A DNA stretch of 62,449 nucleotides from a virus (IMGVR_UViG_3300020442_001526:1-62449), one strand, 5' to 3'. Positions 18,051-27,900 are shown, counted from the stretch's first letter. Notes: generated from the sequence alone by a model not told the origin. Made by a program: numbers and translations.

Positions 18051-18904
18051 TTTAATTTTTTTACAATGTCTGTTATTATTCTATGTGTTGCCATCGGATC
18101 AAAAGTCATCCTTGCATCAATACGTTTAAAATCTGTATCTTTATATATTTTGCCTTTCTGTATCCATGCAAACACATCCTTTAATCTAGTAGGAACAGGA
18201 AAATCTGCATGATAATTTATCATTACCTGTTCTGCTAATTCATCTTTATATCCAGGTTTACAGAAACCGTGTGTACAATCAAAAAATTCAACAAACTCGC
18301 TATTTGTTTCTTTTGCAAATATTTTGCCTCTATCTGGACTAGTCCAATTATCCTCTGTGCCATGATACAATGTTACATCACACTCCTTGGCATTATAGAA
18401 TTCGGGCTCAAAAGGCCACAAGTTTCCATATACCAAAGCATAAAAAGTGTTTTTTGGAAGTACATCATTATAGTGTGCAATTACTTGAGCAATGCTATCA
18501 GCACCCCAACTAAAACCAACACATGCAATTTTATCAATGTCTAAATTCATAAAAAGAGATTCTTGGTTTTCTAAAATATACTTGTATGCTTCGACTGTTT
18601 CGTATGCTCTTGCTCTAGGACTAACATAGGTACCTAATTCGTTCCAGTTGATGTTTGTCATGTTCCTACAAGAAAAACTATCTATACATAATGTTGCAAC
18701 ACCATGGTCATTTAATATATTAACAAAATGTTCTGTATCATTTCCTAGTCCACCTGAACCATGACTTATAATACACAATGGTTGATTTCCATCGAATTTA
18801 AAAGGTATTGAAACTTCACAGCCTACTGAAATAGGAGACTCGTCCCAATATACATTCCTCATTCCTTCTACAGAATAAATTATTTTTCTTACATTCTTTT
18901 TCAT
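18047..18904 (-). CDS. alpha/beta hydrolase, dienelactone hydrolase family
   Basis: HGSGG, GFSWG nucleophile elbow, HGTED, HGF. Confidence 0.85.
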   Translation of the reverse strand: MKKNVRKIIYSVEGMRNVYWDESPISVGCEVSIPFKFDGNQPLCIISHGSGGLGNDTEHFVNILNDHGVATLCIDSFSCRNMTNINWNELGTYVSPRARAYETVEAYKYILENQESLFMNLDIDKIACVGFSWGADSIAQVIAHYNDVLPKNTFYALVYGNLWPFEPEFYNAKECDVTLYHGTEDNWTSPDRGKIFAKETNSEFVEFFDCTHGFCKPGYKDELAEQVMINYHADFPVPTRLKDVFAWIQKGKIYKDTDFKRIDARMTFDPMATHRIITDIVKKLK

Positions 18905-19509
18905 ACGGAATACTCCTTAAATTTTTCAAAATTGATATTCCATACAACTTGTGGTACTTGATAAAAATCAAAAATACCCTCTGGAACAGCAATGCCTTTT
19001 CTTTTCCACCAATTACGTTTTATGTAATCTGTAATTGAATTTGTACTCTTTACATAATTATCTGAGTATGCTTTATTGGCTAATGTAGTACCAAACGTTG
19101 CTTTAAAGTTTTCTTGTTCACTTGCCCACTTTAAATTGTAATATAATAATCCATCGAACTCAGGCATTTCATGTCCGCGACCATAACGAACAAATTTTGT
19201 CATAGGTATATTTTCATTTGGTATTCGTGAAAGTCTAGTCCAAACTCTATAATAACCTTCTTTGTACTCAGGCATATACTCAACGCCTCCTACTGCATAA
19301 ATTTCCTCAGTGGGTATATGCACCATGCAATGATATTTAATTTTGTCTACTTTCATTGCATCAGGTGATGCATTCTGTGTAAATCCTAAACTGCCTGCTA
19401 CATCACAGAACTTTTCTAACATAGGCATCCAATAGTCATCTAATTCGACACAACCTATTTTGCCATCGAAAAAAGTTCTTAAGATTTTTTGATTGTTGCT
19501 ATCATCCAT
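18901..19509 (-). CDS. hypothetical protein, possibly GNAT-like
   Basis: IYAVGGV...YRVWTR pattern; start reassigned to ATG 19509. Confidence 0.45.
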   Translation of the reverse strand: MDDSNNQKILRTFFDGKIGCVELDDYWMPMLEKFCDVAGSLGFTQNASPDAMKVDKIKYHCMVHIPTEEIYAVGGVEYMPEYKEGYYRVWTRLSRIPNENIPMTKFVRYGRGHEMPEFDGLLYYNLKWASEQENFKATFGTTLANKAYSDNYVKSTNSITDYIKRNWWKRKGIAVPEGIFDFYQVPQVVWNINFEKFKEYSV

Positions 19510-20246
19510 CTGCCTACGTCCAACTCGTACCATTTAGTGTTAAAGTTTAATCTTCTTGGTCTATAATGATGATTGTTATGTAAACTTTCACCCCATGTTA
19601 AAAATACTAACCAAGGATTGTTTGTGCTGTTATTTTGCATAGGATCTGTTTCATATGTTAATCCTTTAATAGGCAAATGTCCAAATACATTTACTATTCC
19701 ACTTATTACAACACTTAAAAAACTTGCATTCAAACTTGCAAGTATATATCTACCATCAAACCACCAAACTGTAAATGTTGTAATTAAAAATAAGTTTAGT
19801 AGTATTAATAACGCATAATTTTTGTGGCACCAGATTGCAAACGGATCTAAAGTTTTTTTAATCTTAAAAAGTTCTGTCCTAGCAAATTCGTGATTTTCTT
19901 TATGAAATATCCAACCAAAGAAAGCATAAAATAAACCCTTAGTTGGTGTATGTACGTCTCCGTCTTTGTCTGTGTGTGCATGGTGACTTCTATTGTGTAA
20001 TAATGTCCAAGTCACCGGCGAGCCTTGTGCTCCTTGGCAACCTAAATATAAAAGTAATTTGCGTATAGGTTCCCAAGTTTTAAAACTGTTATGTGCATGT
20101 AATCTATGAAAGCCAACACTTATTCCATATCCACTATATAATAATGTAAAAAATGCTGTAGCACACCATAATTGTAAACTGCCAAAAGCCATAGACCATG
20201 CTAGACTTAATCCAGCAATTGGTAGAAATAATAAGTAAAACAACAT
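19479..20246 (-). CDS. membrane acyl-CoA/acyl-lipid delta-9-type desaturase
   Basis: His boxes HRLHAH, HNRSHH, HNNHH; TAATG coupling with upstream gene. Confidence 0.9.
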   Translation of the reverse strand: MLFYLLFLPIAGLSLAWSMAFGSLQLWCATAFFTLLYSGYGISVGFHRLHAHNSFKTWEPIRKLLLYLGCQGAQGSPVTWTLLHNRSHHAHTDKDGDVHTPTKGLFYAFFGWIFHKENHEFARTELFKIKKTLDPFAIWCHKNYALLILLNLFLITTFTVWWFDGRYILASLNASFLSVVISGIVNVFGHLPIKGLTYETDPMQNNSTNNPWLVFLTWGESLHNNHHYRPRRLNFNTKWYELDVGRWMIATIKKS

Positions 20247-21070
20247 TATTTCTTCAATCCGTCTATGACCCAACCACTAACATCTATTTCTGTCCAGTGT
20301 TGACTGTTGTTTGTTGCTTTCCAATATCTATGATGATTATTATGCAACATCTCTCCCCAGGTCAAAATTGCACCTAGTCTATTATTCACACTATTGTCTG
20401 GAGTTTCATAATTTCTATAGCCAAACCAACTCATGTGACTTAGTGCTGTTACTAAACTTGTGTTCATTAATGTTGCCCATATACCAAACCAAACACCATA
20501 TAATGCAACTTGCCAACCAAATAGTAACCAAACCAAACCAACTGTTCCATAGTTTATTACTATATGATAATCATTTAAAAATGTATAATACTTGTCATTT
20601 ACAAAGTTACGTCTGATATATGTAACTAAAACACGTCTGTCTATGTGTTTATCAAAATATTCTTGTTCTTTATGCCATGTTAAAAAAGCATGCCAAAATC
20701 CTTTTAAAGGACTATGTGGATCATCTTCTCTATCACTATTCTTATGATGTCCTCTTTCATGAATCATAACCCAAGGGAAAATACTTCCATAGCCATTAAA
20801 CACACTAAAGGTAGTCATGATTCGTTCTCTCCATTTGGGCATTTCAAATGCAGAATGTCCCCAATACCTATGCAATCCTATTGCCATGCCAATACAGCCA
20901 AATAAGAAGTATGTAAATAATCCTAACCATAAGTAATTCCAATCTCCATTAAAAGCCATAATCGGCAGAATACACACACCGACTATTTGTATAGGAAGTG
21001 TGTAAAGCCAAAAGTTCGCTTTTGCTTTATCTTTAAAAAAGTTTGTTAAGGAAGTCAAAATTTTGCTCAT
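20246..21070 (-). CDS. membrane acyl-CoA/acyl-lipid delta-9-type desaturase
   Basis: His boxes HRYWGH, HERGHH, HNNHH; DPHSP. Confidence 0.9.
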   Translation of the reverse strand: MSKILTSLTNFFKDKAKANFWLYTLPIQIVGVCILPIMAFNGDWNYLWLGLFTYFLFGCIGMAIGLHRYWGHSAFEMPKWRERIMTTFSVFNGYGSIFPWVMIHERGHHKNSDREDDPHSPLKGFWHAFLTWHKEQEYFDKHIDRRVLVTYIRRNFVNDKYYTFLNDYHIVINYGTVGLVWLLFGWQVALYGVWFGIWATLMNTSLVTALSHMSWFGYRNYETPDNSVNNRLGAILTWGEMLHNNHHRYWKATNNSQHWTEIDVSGWVIDGLKK

Positions 21071-21989
21071 AGTGTGTTTCTAACATCTCTTTAAGTTTTG
21101 TGTCAACTTTAACTGTGTACTGTAAACTTGCATACTTCATTGTTAAAGGACCAAAGGGCGACAACTTTTGTCGAAGCTCTTTATCGTATTTATCATGTCC
21201 GAAAAAACTTTTAAGCAATTCAATGCCAATTAACTTCTGTGTAGTAGGTTTTATGTCAAAACCTGCTTGTTTTATGGTTCTCATTTCATACTGATAATAT
21301 CTATGAGGTGCATTATCAACGAAATCTTGTGTAGGTGATTTTAAAACATCACCATAACTTTGTGTAAACATCCAACTTGAATACATGTCTACATAGTGTT
21401 CTTGAAAATTTGTATATTCCTTTCCACTTACTTCTGCCGCATGTTCTTGTGTTTCATGTGGAACAAAAGGCATGAATCCATTGTTTTTTGTTCTAGTCCA
21501 ATCACTTGTACTTACATGCATCATAAACCCTGGATAAACTATACAGCAATCAGGCAATAGGTCAAAAAACTTTCCTGCTATTGTCATTTGTGGTTGTGTA
21601 GTAGGAAATTTTTCTCCATAATATAAAAATTCTGGTCCATTAAATAAGGCAGGCACATCTATATCAAATAGTTCGTAAGGTATTCCTCTTGATTCACAAT
21701 ATGCTATTGTACAATCGTTTTCTCTTTTACTAAGTTCATTACTTAATACAGGAATTGCCGCAACAAATTCTATTCCTGCCATTCTAAAAGCCTGCATGGC
21801 TATTTGTGAATACATGTGTTGCACACTATAATCACACCAAACATACAAGTCTTTTGTAAATTTTTCTCTTATCTGGATAGCAGTTTTTACTGCTTCTTGC
21901 ATAGGAGTACCTGGCATTTTTTCAGGAGCATGAACAAACATATCGACATTTTTTCCATTTCCGAATTCACTGAATGTTACTCCTCTCAT
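21033..21989 (-). CDS. hypothetical protein, possibly degenerate PP-loop/ANH-like
   Basis: Weak resemblance only (SQ.AMQAF..AG, YCESRGIPY); no SGG motif. Confidence 0.5.
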   Translation of the reverse strand: MRGVTFSEFGNGKNVDMFVHAPEKMPGTPMQEAVKTAIQIREKFTKDLYVWCDYSVQHMYSQIAMQAFRMAGIEFVAAIPVLSNELSKRENDCTIAYCESRGIPYELFDIDVPALFNGPEFLYYGEKFPTTQPQMTIAGKFFDLLPDCCIVYPGFMMHVSTSDWTRTKNNGFMPFVPHETQEHAAEVSGKEYTNFQEHYVDMYSSWMFTQSYGDVLKSPTQDFVDNAPHRYYQYEMRTIKQAGFDIKPTTQKLIGIELLKSFFGHDKYDKELRQKLSPFGPLTMKYASLQYTVKVDTKLKEMLETHYEQNFDFLNKLF

Positions 21990-23128
21990 TCTGTTCCCCT
22001 ATATAAATGATAATCATTTAAGTTATACGTTCTAACAAATGGATCTCCCGGCTCTAACAATTTTACAGGTCTAGCCATAGGAACCCAATATTCTCTTATA
22101 TCAAAAGGAGGCATACTATACTCCCTATTAAAATATTTCTTTTTACATTCTTCATATGAAGGTTTATTATCTGCATCGCAACTTATAATATGGTATTCAA
22201 ATAATTGTCCATTTATGTCTGCTAATATTCTATGAAACATATCTTCTTTGTATTTGAACGTTCCGTATAGCCAACCAACACTAGGATCAAATGTAATACC
22301 CCTAGGTAGACTATCTTCTAAATCTATATATCTAGGTTCTACAAAACTTCTTAATGGTATACTACCTGATAAAATACTTACTTGGTCTCCAGGTCGACTG
22401 GGTAATAAGTGTTCTCCTGCAATATATCTTAAATTGGATACAGGCATAAACTCGTAGAATTTTGTTTTGTTAGACGGCGTTTGTGCAAGTCTTAGAGGCC
22501 ATGGAGCACTACGAACATGGCTTTCGCTATAAAAACCTAATTCGTAATCTAATTCTAAACGTTTGTTAGACATCAATTCACATACTTCGTGAACTGCTTT
22601 ATTACTGTTTGGTTGGTTTGGAACTGTAACATCATACAAATCTATCCAGTTCTGATAATGCCCATTATGTTTATTTCCGCCTACTTTAATTACACCTTCT
22701 ACAGCAACGGGACTTATATCTAATACAGGTAAATCCTGATTACCACCTGCACAAACAACCATATTTCCTGCTTCTATTAGTTTTTGTATCCTGTAATCTA
22801 CTATATAATTACGGTCCATTTGCCAACTAAAACACAATATTTGCGGTTTAAGGGCCTCTAAAAGGTCTAATTTTTCTATGAGTGGTGCAAGTGTATCTTC
22901 TGCTAAAACCGTTGTGTATGACGTTGTATGACGCTCATAGACGTCAATATAAGCACAATCATTGTTGTTTTGCATACTGTATACACCAAAATTACTAGTA
23001 ATATAGTTAATATGGTCATATTCGTTCAGTTGGCAATCTAACAAAAAAGTGTTATGTTTAAAAGATTGTATAACTTCGACAGGTAATTTAGACGTGTCGA
23101 TATTATCAACAAATTGAACTATTATCAT
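21986..23128 (-). CDS. degenerate subtilase (S8)-like protein with putative Ig-like repeat
   Basis: GNMVVCAGGN..D.SP.A..GVIKVG; LPRGITFDPSVGWLYGT; catalytic HGT and GTS motifs absent. Confidence 0.5.
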   Translation of the reverse strand: MIIVQFVDNIDTSKLPVEVIQSFKHNTFLLDCQLNEYDHINYITSNFGVYSMQNNNDCAYIDVYERHTTSYTTVLAEDTLAPLIEKLDLLEALKPQILCFSWQMDRNYIVDYRIQKLIEAGNMVVCAGGNQDLPVLDISPVAVEGVIKVGGNKHNGHYQNWIDLYDVTVPNQPNSNKAVHEVCELMSNKRLELDYELGFYSESHVRSAPWPLRLAQTPSNKTKFYEFMPVSNLRYIAGEHLLPSRPGDQVSILSGSIPLRSFVEPRYIDLEDSLPRGITFDPSVGWLYGTFKYKEDMFHRILADINGQLFEYHIISCDADNKPSYEECKKKYFNREYSMPPFDIREYWVPMARPVKLLEPGDPFVRTYNLNDYHLYRGTE

Positions 23129-23157
23129 GAATAATACTTATCTAGAATTAGATAAGG

Positions 23158-23421
23158 TTAGCCAGCAAATACGGTACCTGATCCTGTTGCGGAATGTCCA
23201 CAACTGGCATTATCGCCTTTTCTGACTACAGGTTGCCCTTCTGCAAAAACAGTTCCACTAGCACTTACCATTGTAGCAGAAACGTGGGGTGGGTCTCCGT
23301 GTGGGGAAACATTATCATTGATTACAGAAGTTATGGAACCTTCTGTAAGTACAGTAGGTGCGCCAGGACCCAAAATAGTTCCTACTGCATTGTCAGTTAA
23401 TACTCTAGTTACACCTGGCAT
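23158..23421 (-). CDS. PAAR-repeat spike tip protein (T4 gp5.4-like)
   Basis: PH..PPH, SGTVFAEGQPVVRKGD.ASCGH, GSGTVFAG. Confidence 0.9.
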   Translation of the reverse strand: MPGVTRVLTDNAVGTILGPGAPTVLTEGSITSVINDNVSPHGDPPHVSATMVSASGTVFAEGQPVVRKGDNASCGHSATGSGTVFAG

Positions 23422-23426
23422 TTATT

Positions 23427-23912
23427 TTACATTCCTGAGGAGCCAGGTTGCTGTACTGACTTAACATAACTTAGGTATGCTTGTTTCATCTTGTTAAGTG
23501 GAGTTGTTTCTAAACTCATACCATCGGCTCTTGCAACATTAGTTTCCCAACTATCATAATCTAATGGGCTACCATCTCCTCGAACAAGAACTCCCTTAGC
23601 ATTCTTTTTAACATCGTTATCAGCAACTTCTTTTGCACGACCATCATCTACTGTAGGTTCGTATTGTGCAACTTCACCCGGTGACCTTTCTGAATCTATA
23701 GCACGTTCGGCACTACTTGTAGAATTTTTGTTATAGTCAGGTGAATCGTATGCAACTTCTTGTCCTGCAACACCTGGTGATGCTGTTGCTAAACTTCCGA
23801 TTGCTCCTATTGTAGCCATTGCTTTACCTAGTTTACCTAATTTCTTTTCTGCTAGAAGTTCAGCAATCAATTGCTGTTCTTCAATTAAGTCTATAAGTTC
23901 TCTCATTTCCAT
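23427..23912 (-). CDS. putative virion protein
   Basis: MEMRELIDLIEE leader, hydrophobic Ala/Gly segment, late promoter at 23942-23949. Confidence 0.55.
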   Translation of the reverse strand: MEMRELIDLIEEQQLIAELLAEKKLGKLGKAMATIGAIGSLATASPGVAGQEVAYDSPDYNKNSTSSAERAIDSERSPGEVAQYEPTVDDGRAKEVADNDVKKNAKGVLVRGDGSPLDYDSWETNVARADGMSLETTPLNKMKQAYLSYVKSVQQPGSSGM

Positions 23913-23961
23913 AATATTGTTTCCATAAAATGTTTACTATGTATTTATCTATATACTCAAA

Positions 23962-23989
23962 AGAAAAGGGTCGTTGCCGACCCTTTTCT
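23962..23989. terminator. intrinsic terminator hairpin AGAAAAGGGTCG-TTGC-CGACCCTTTTCT
   Basis: 12-bp inverted repeat just downstream of the YRG-peptide gene. Confidence 0.85.
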
Positions 23990-24011
23990 GTTTGTCTATA
24001 AGACAGACCTA

Positions 24012-24176
24012 TTACGCAACCCATTTAACACCGCGGTATGTGCCGCTAGATGCTTTAATGGACTTTTGTGCGTAAATAGGATCATGTTTTGTTCCTCGGT
24101 AGATACCGCCCTTTGCAGTTGACTGTTCGGGTTTAATATCAGCGGGATTGTACTTGATACCTCTGTAAAAGTTCAT
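24012..24176 (-). CDS. 54-aa DUF4278-like peptide with three YRG repeats
   Basis: MNFYRGIKYNPADIKPEQSTAKGGIYRGTKHDPIYAQKSIKASSGTYRGVKWVA; GAGGAGG RBS; not in the ORF track. Confidence 0.85.
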   Translation of the reverse strand: MNFYRGIKYNPADIKPEQSTAKGGIYRGTKHDPIYAQKSIKASSGTYRGVKWVA

Positions 24177-24205
24177 GTCATCCTCCTCAATTAATTAAGT
24201 TAGAT

Positions 24206-24327
24206 GCGTTCCTTCGGTTACTGTCGGTCTCGTTCGGCGATTGCCTACTTGCTTGCCTATCTTTTCAGATAGAGGTTTTCAGGTTACCTACTTCCGTTCA
24301 CTGCTACATTTAGAGTGAATGAACGAT
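24206..24327 (-). ncRNA. glnA-type (glutamine-I) riboswitch with an extended P3 containing a second aptamer-like unit
   Basis: ATCGTTCA-TTCAC..GTGAA-CGGAAGTAGG...CCGAAGGAACGC; P1 CGTTC/GAACG; AGUA/GAA E-loop; upstream of a DUF4278-like ORF. Confidence 0.8.
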
Positions 24328-24403
24328 TGTAAATAGACTTTTAAACCATGTCTTATGGTGTGCAACTTACATAATATGTGCAAATTGTACACATTTATTT
24401 ATC

Positions 24404-25525
24404 TTAAAGACTAAATCCTTTAAAAGAATCCTTGTCTACGTCTTGTTTTGTGCCGCCAATAACGTAACTGCTGATTTCTGTTTCTTGAGGTGCTACTTGT
24501 ACTTCTCCTCCGCTTATCCACTTTTGTGTCCAAGGTAAAGGATTTGTACCAGTATTAAAATCTGTTTCTATTTGAGCCGCTCTCATGCGTTTACCAGCAA
24601 TGAACTCTATGTATTGTTTTAATAATTCTGCATTCAAACCGATGATACTTCCGTCTTTAAACAAATAGTCTGCCCAAGCCTTCTCTTGTTCAACTGCATC
24701 TAAGAACATTTGCTTACATTCATCTTTTGTTTCTTCTTTGATTTTTGCAAAATCTTTGTCATCAGTTGGTAAAAGTTTTAACATTGTCTGAGTACTTGCC
24801 AAATGCACATTTTCATCACGAGCAATAAATTTAATAATTTTTGCATTACCTTCCATTTTCTTCAATTCTGCAAATGCCCAACTACAAGCAAACGAAACGT
24901 AAAACCGAACACCTTCTAAAATGTTCACACTCATTATGCATTTCCATAATCTCTTTTTATGTTCATATTCATCATAACTTGCTAATCCACGTTCTTTAAG
25001 TTGATTGTATTCGATTAATGCATCATAATTTTGTGTAATACTGTCAGAACAATCTGCTATCTGTTTAATGCTGGTCATTTCATCAAATACTTTACTTGGA
25101 TCTGGATACACATTTCTAATAATATGTGTATAACTTCTACTATGGATTGTTTCACTAAATGCCCAAGTTTCAATCCAAGTTTCTAATTCTGGTATCCCAA
25201 CTATAGGAAGTAATGCTAAATTTGGTGAACGTCCTTGTACACTATCTAATAGTATTTGTCTTTTTAAATTACTCGTGAAGATATGTTGTTCAAAGTCTGT
25301 AAGGTCTTTGAAATCTTTTGCGTCTTTGAGAATATCTACTTCTTCTGGTCTCCAAAAGAAACCTAGTTGTTTTTCAGTAAATTTTTCAAATTGTCTATAC
25401 TTAACAACATCAAACCTTTGTACAGATGGTGTGCCATTTGCATCTAAAAACATTTTTGCTTTTGTGTGGTCCGATTTATTTTTAATGTTAAGTACTGTCA
25501 TTTTATTACTTTTTTTCTTAGGCAA
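24404..25525 (-). CDS. nrdB: ribonucleotide reductase class Ia beta subunit (true start probably 25501)
   Basis: FFWRPEE, ETIHSRSY, EGVRFYVSF, RDENVH, QVAPQETE. Confidence 0.97.
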   Translation of the reverse strand: MPKKKSNKMTVLNIKNKSDHTKAKMFLDANGTPSVQRFDVVKYRQFEKFTEKQLGFFWRPEEVDILKDAKDFKDLTDFEQHIFTSNLKRQILLDSVQGRSPNLALLPIVGIPELETWIETWAFSETIHSRSYTHIIRNVYPDPSKVFDEMTSIKQIADCSDSITQNYDALIEYNQLKERGLASYDEYEHKKRLWKCIMSVNILEGVRFYVSFACSWAFAELKKMEGNAKIIKFIARDENVHLASTQTMLKLLPTDDKDFAKIKEETKDECKQMFLDAVEQEKAWADYLFKDGSIIGLNAELLKQYIEFIAGKRMRAAQIETDFNTGTNPLPWTQKWISGGEVQVAPQETEISSYVIGGTKQDVDKDSFKGFSL

Positions 25526-25539
25526 GTATGTTGTCCTCT

Positions 25540-27837
25540 TTAAATTTTACAACTGTCGCAATCTTCTTCGTCTACAGTTGAAACCATATTTACTTCTAAA
25601 ATTTTTGTCCCTTCTTCTTTTTCGATGTCTATTTCGCCTTGACCATCGTAGGTGTTATTATAATATAATTGCTTACCGCCATATTTATAAAATGTTATTA
25701 AGTCTTGTAGCAATACACTCATAGGCACTTTCTCATCTTCAAAGTGTTCTGGATTGTAAGATGTATTTACCGAAATACCTTGATCGATATACTTTTGTAA
25801 TACTGCCATAATTTTCAAATATCCTGTAGGTGTCTTTTGATCCCACAATAAATCATATTTGTTTTTTAGTTTTGCATATTGTGGCACTACTTGTTTGAGT
25901 ACTCCATGCTTACTTTGTTTTACACTGATATAACTTCTAGGTGGTTCTATACCATTAGTGCTATTACTAATCTGTGCAGAAGTTTCTGCTGGCATCAATG
26001 CCATCAGTGTGCTGTTTCTAATACCCGTTTCTTTCAATTGTTTACGCAAATCTTTCCAGTTCATACGTTCTTTGTGCTTAACAAGTTCGTCTACATCTTT
26101 TTTATATGTCTGGTTAGGTGTTATACCGTGTCCATATTTAGTTTCCAAGTTACCGGAAATTGTGCCTTTTTCCACAGCCAAATCTGCACTGGCTTTAATT
26201 AAGTAGTAACTCCATGCTTCTGCCCATTCGTCAATTAATTCTAAATTTGGCTCTTGGTATGTAGTATCATTTTTTGCTAACCAAAATGCAAAATTAATGA
26301 TACCAACACCCAATGGTCTTCTTTTCATTGTACTTAATTCAGCGGCTACTACAGGATAACTTTGATAATCTAATAATTCGTCTAATGCTCTAACAGTTAA
26401 ATCACATACCTTTTCAAATTCTTCTACTCTTTTAATTGCTCCCCAATTTACTGCACTCAATGTACATAAACTGATTTCGCCATCTGGATCAGCAACATTA
26501 TCAAGTGGCTTTGTAGGCAAATCAATTTCACAGCACAAATTACTCTGTTTGATTGGTGCTACTTCTTCTATAAATGCGCCATGTGTGTTAGCATGGTCAA
26601 CATTCATCAAATAAATTCTACCTGTGTCTTTACGTTCTTGCACGAACGCAGAAAACAATTCAATAGCAGGAATAGACTTCTTCCTAATGCTAGTCATACG
26701 TTCTGCTTTTTCATACAACTCTTTGAATTTGTCTTGGTCTGTGAAGAAAGAGTCATATAAACCTGGTACATCACTTGGACTAAACAATGTGATGTTTCCT
26801 CCTTCAATAAGTCTTTCATACATTAACTTATTAAATTGCACACCATAATCCATGTGCCTAACACGATTGTCTTCTGTGCCTTTGTTATTCTTAAGTACCA
26901 GCATGTCTTCAATTTCTAAATGCCAAATTGGATAGTATAGTGTAGCCGCTCCGCCTCTCACACCACCTTGCGAACAACTTTTTACTGCTGATTGAAATAA
27001 TTTATAGAATGGAATAACACCAGTATGTGTTGCATCTCCACTTCTAATTTTAGAACCGATTGCTCTAATACTACCTGCCCCAATACCAATACCTGCTTTT
27101 TGGCTAACATATTTTACAATAGCACTACTGGTAGCATTAATACTGTCTAAACTGTCATCCGTTTCTATTAATACACAACTGCTGAACTGCCTTTGTGGTG
27201 TACGAACGCCTGCCATAACTGGAGTTGGTAAACTAATCTTGAATTGACTAATTGCATCGTAATAATCTTTTACATACTTCATTCTTGTTTCTGCTGGATA
27301 CTTTGCAAATAGTGTTGCTGATATCATCATGTATGCAACTTGTGGTGTTTCAAATATTTCGCCAGTTGCTCTGTTTTGCACAAGATACTTGCCACGGAAT
27401 TGTTCCATAGCCGCATAAGTTAAATATTCATCTCGACTGTGGTCGATGAACTCTTGCAATTGATTAATTTCATCTTTGGTATACAGTTCGATAAATTCTG
27501 CATCATAGAAACCAATGTCTATATTTTTTTGTATAATATCACATAAGCATGGTGGCTCAAATGTTCCATATACTTGTTTACGCAGATGGTAATTGATTAA
27601 TCTACCTGCTACAAATTGATAATTTGGTGTTTCTTCAGATATAAGGTCTGCCGCACTTTTAATAAGTGTTTCTTGAATATCTTCTGTTTTAATTTTGTCG
27701 AAAAACTGAATGTGTGAATTAATTTCTACTTCACTGGCACTTACGCCTGTTATGCCTTCAACAGCATACATAACGACTTTGTGCAACTTGTCTATGTTTA
27801 AGTCTTCAAAGTCACCATCTCTCTTCTGTACTTGCAT
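25540..27837 (-). CDS. nrdA: ribonucleotide reductase class Ia alpha subunit with ATP cone
   Basis: VQKRDG, QFSSC, SNLCCEI, C-terminal CDSCKI; no intein. Confidence 0.97.
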   Translation of the reverse strand: MQVQKRDGDFEDLNIDKLHKVVMYAVEGITGVSASEVEINSHIQFFDKIKTEDIQETLIKSAADLISEETPNYQFVAGRLINYHLRKQVYGTFEPPCLCDIIQKNIDIGFYDAEFIELYTKDEINQLQEFIDHSRDEYLTYAAMEQFRGKYLVQNRATGEIFETPQVAYMMISATLFAKYPAETRMKYVKDYYDAISQFKISLPTPVMAGVRTPQRQFSSCVLIETDDSLDSINATSSAIVKYVSQKAGIGIGAGSIRAIGSKIRSGDATHTGVIPFYKLFQSAVKSCSQGGVRGGAATLYYPIWHLEIEDMLVLKNNKGTEDNRVRHMDYGVQFNKLMYERLIEGGNITLFSPSDVPGLYDSFFTDQDKFKELYEKAERMTSIRKKSIPAIELFSAFVQERKDTGRIYLMNVDHANTHGAFIEEVAPIKQSNLCCEIDLPTKPLDNVADPDGEISLCTLSAVNWGAIKRVEEFEKVCDLTVRALDELLDYQSYPVVAAELSTMKRRPLGVGIINFAFWLAKNDTTYQEPNLELIDEWAEAWSYYLIKASADLAVEKGTISGNLETKYGHGITPNQTYKKDVDELVKHKERMNWKDLRKQLKETGIRNSTLMALMPAETSAQISNSTNGIEPPRSYISVKQSKHGVLKQVVPQYAKLKNKYDLLWDQKTPTGYLKIMAVLQKYIDQGISVNTSYNPEHFEDEKVPMSVLLQDLITFYKYGGKQLYYNNTYDGQGEIDIEKEEGTKILEVNMVSTVDEEDCDSCKI

Positions 27838-27868
27838 TGTCTATCCTGTATAATGTATGTAAATTCCT

Positions 27869-27897
27869 ATTATAACATCATACAAGAATACTGTCAA
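27869..27897 (-). promoter_or_regulatory. sigma70-type promoter TTGACA-N17-TATAAT for nrdAB
   Basis: Perfect consensus and spacing. Confidence 0.85.
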
Positions 27898-27900
27898 TGA

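Noticed and set aside
24330-24395. NtcA, NtrC or sigma54 site upstream of the riboswitch
   Set aside because: TTGCAC occurs twice, but there is no proper GTA-N8-TAC, TGCAC-N7-GTGCA or GG-N10-GC match
24404-27837. Introns, inteins or homing endonucleases in nrdA/nrdB
   Set aside because: Both ORFs are continuous and of normal length
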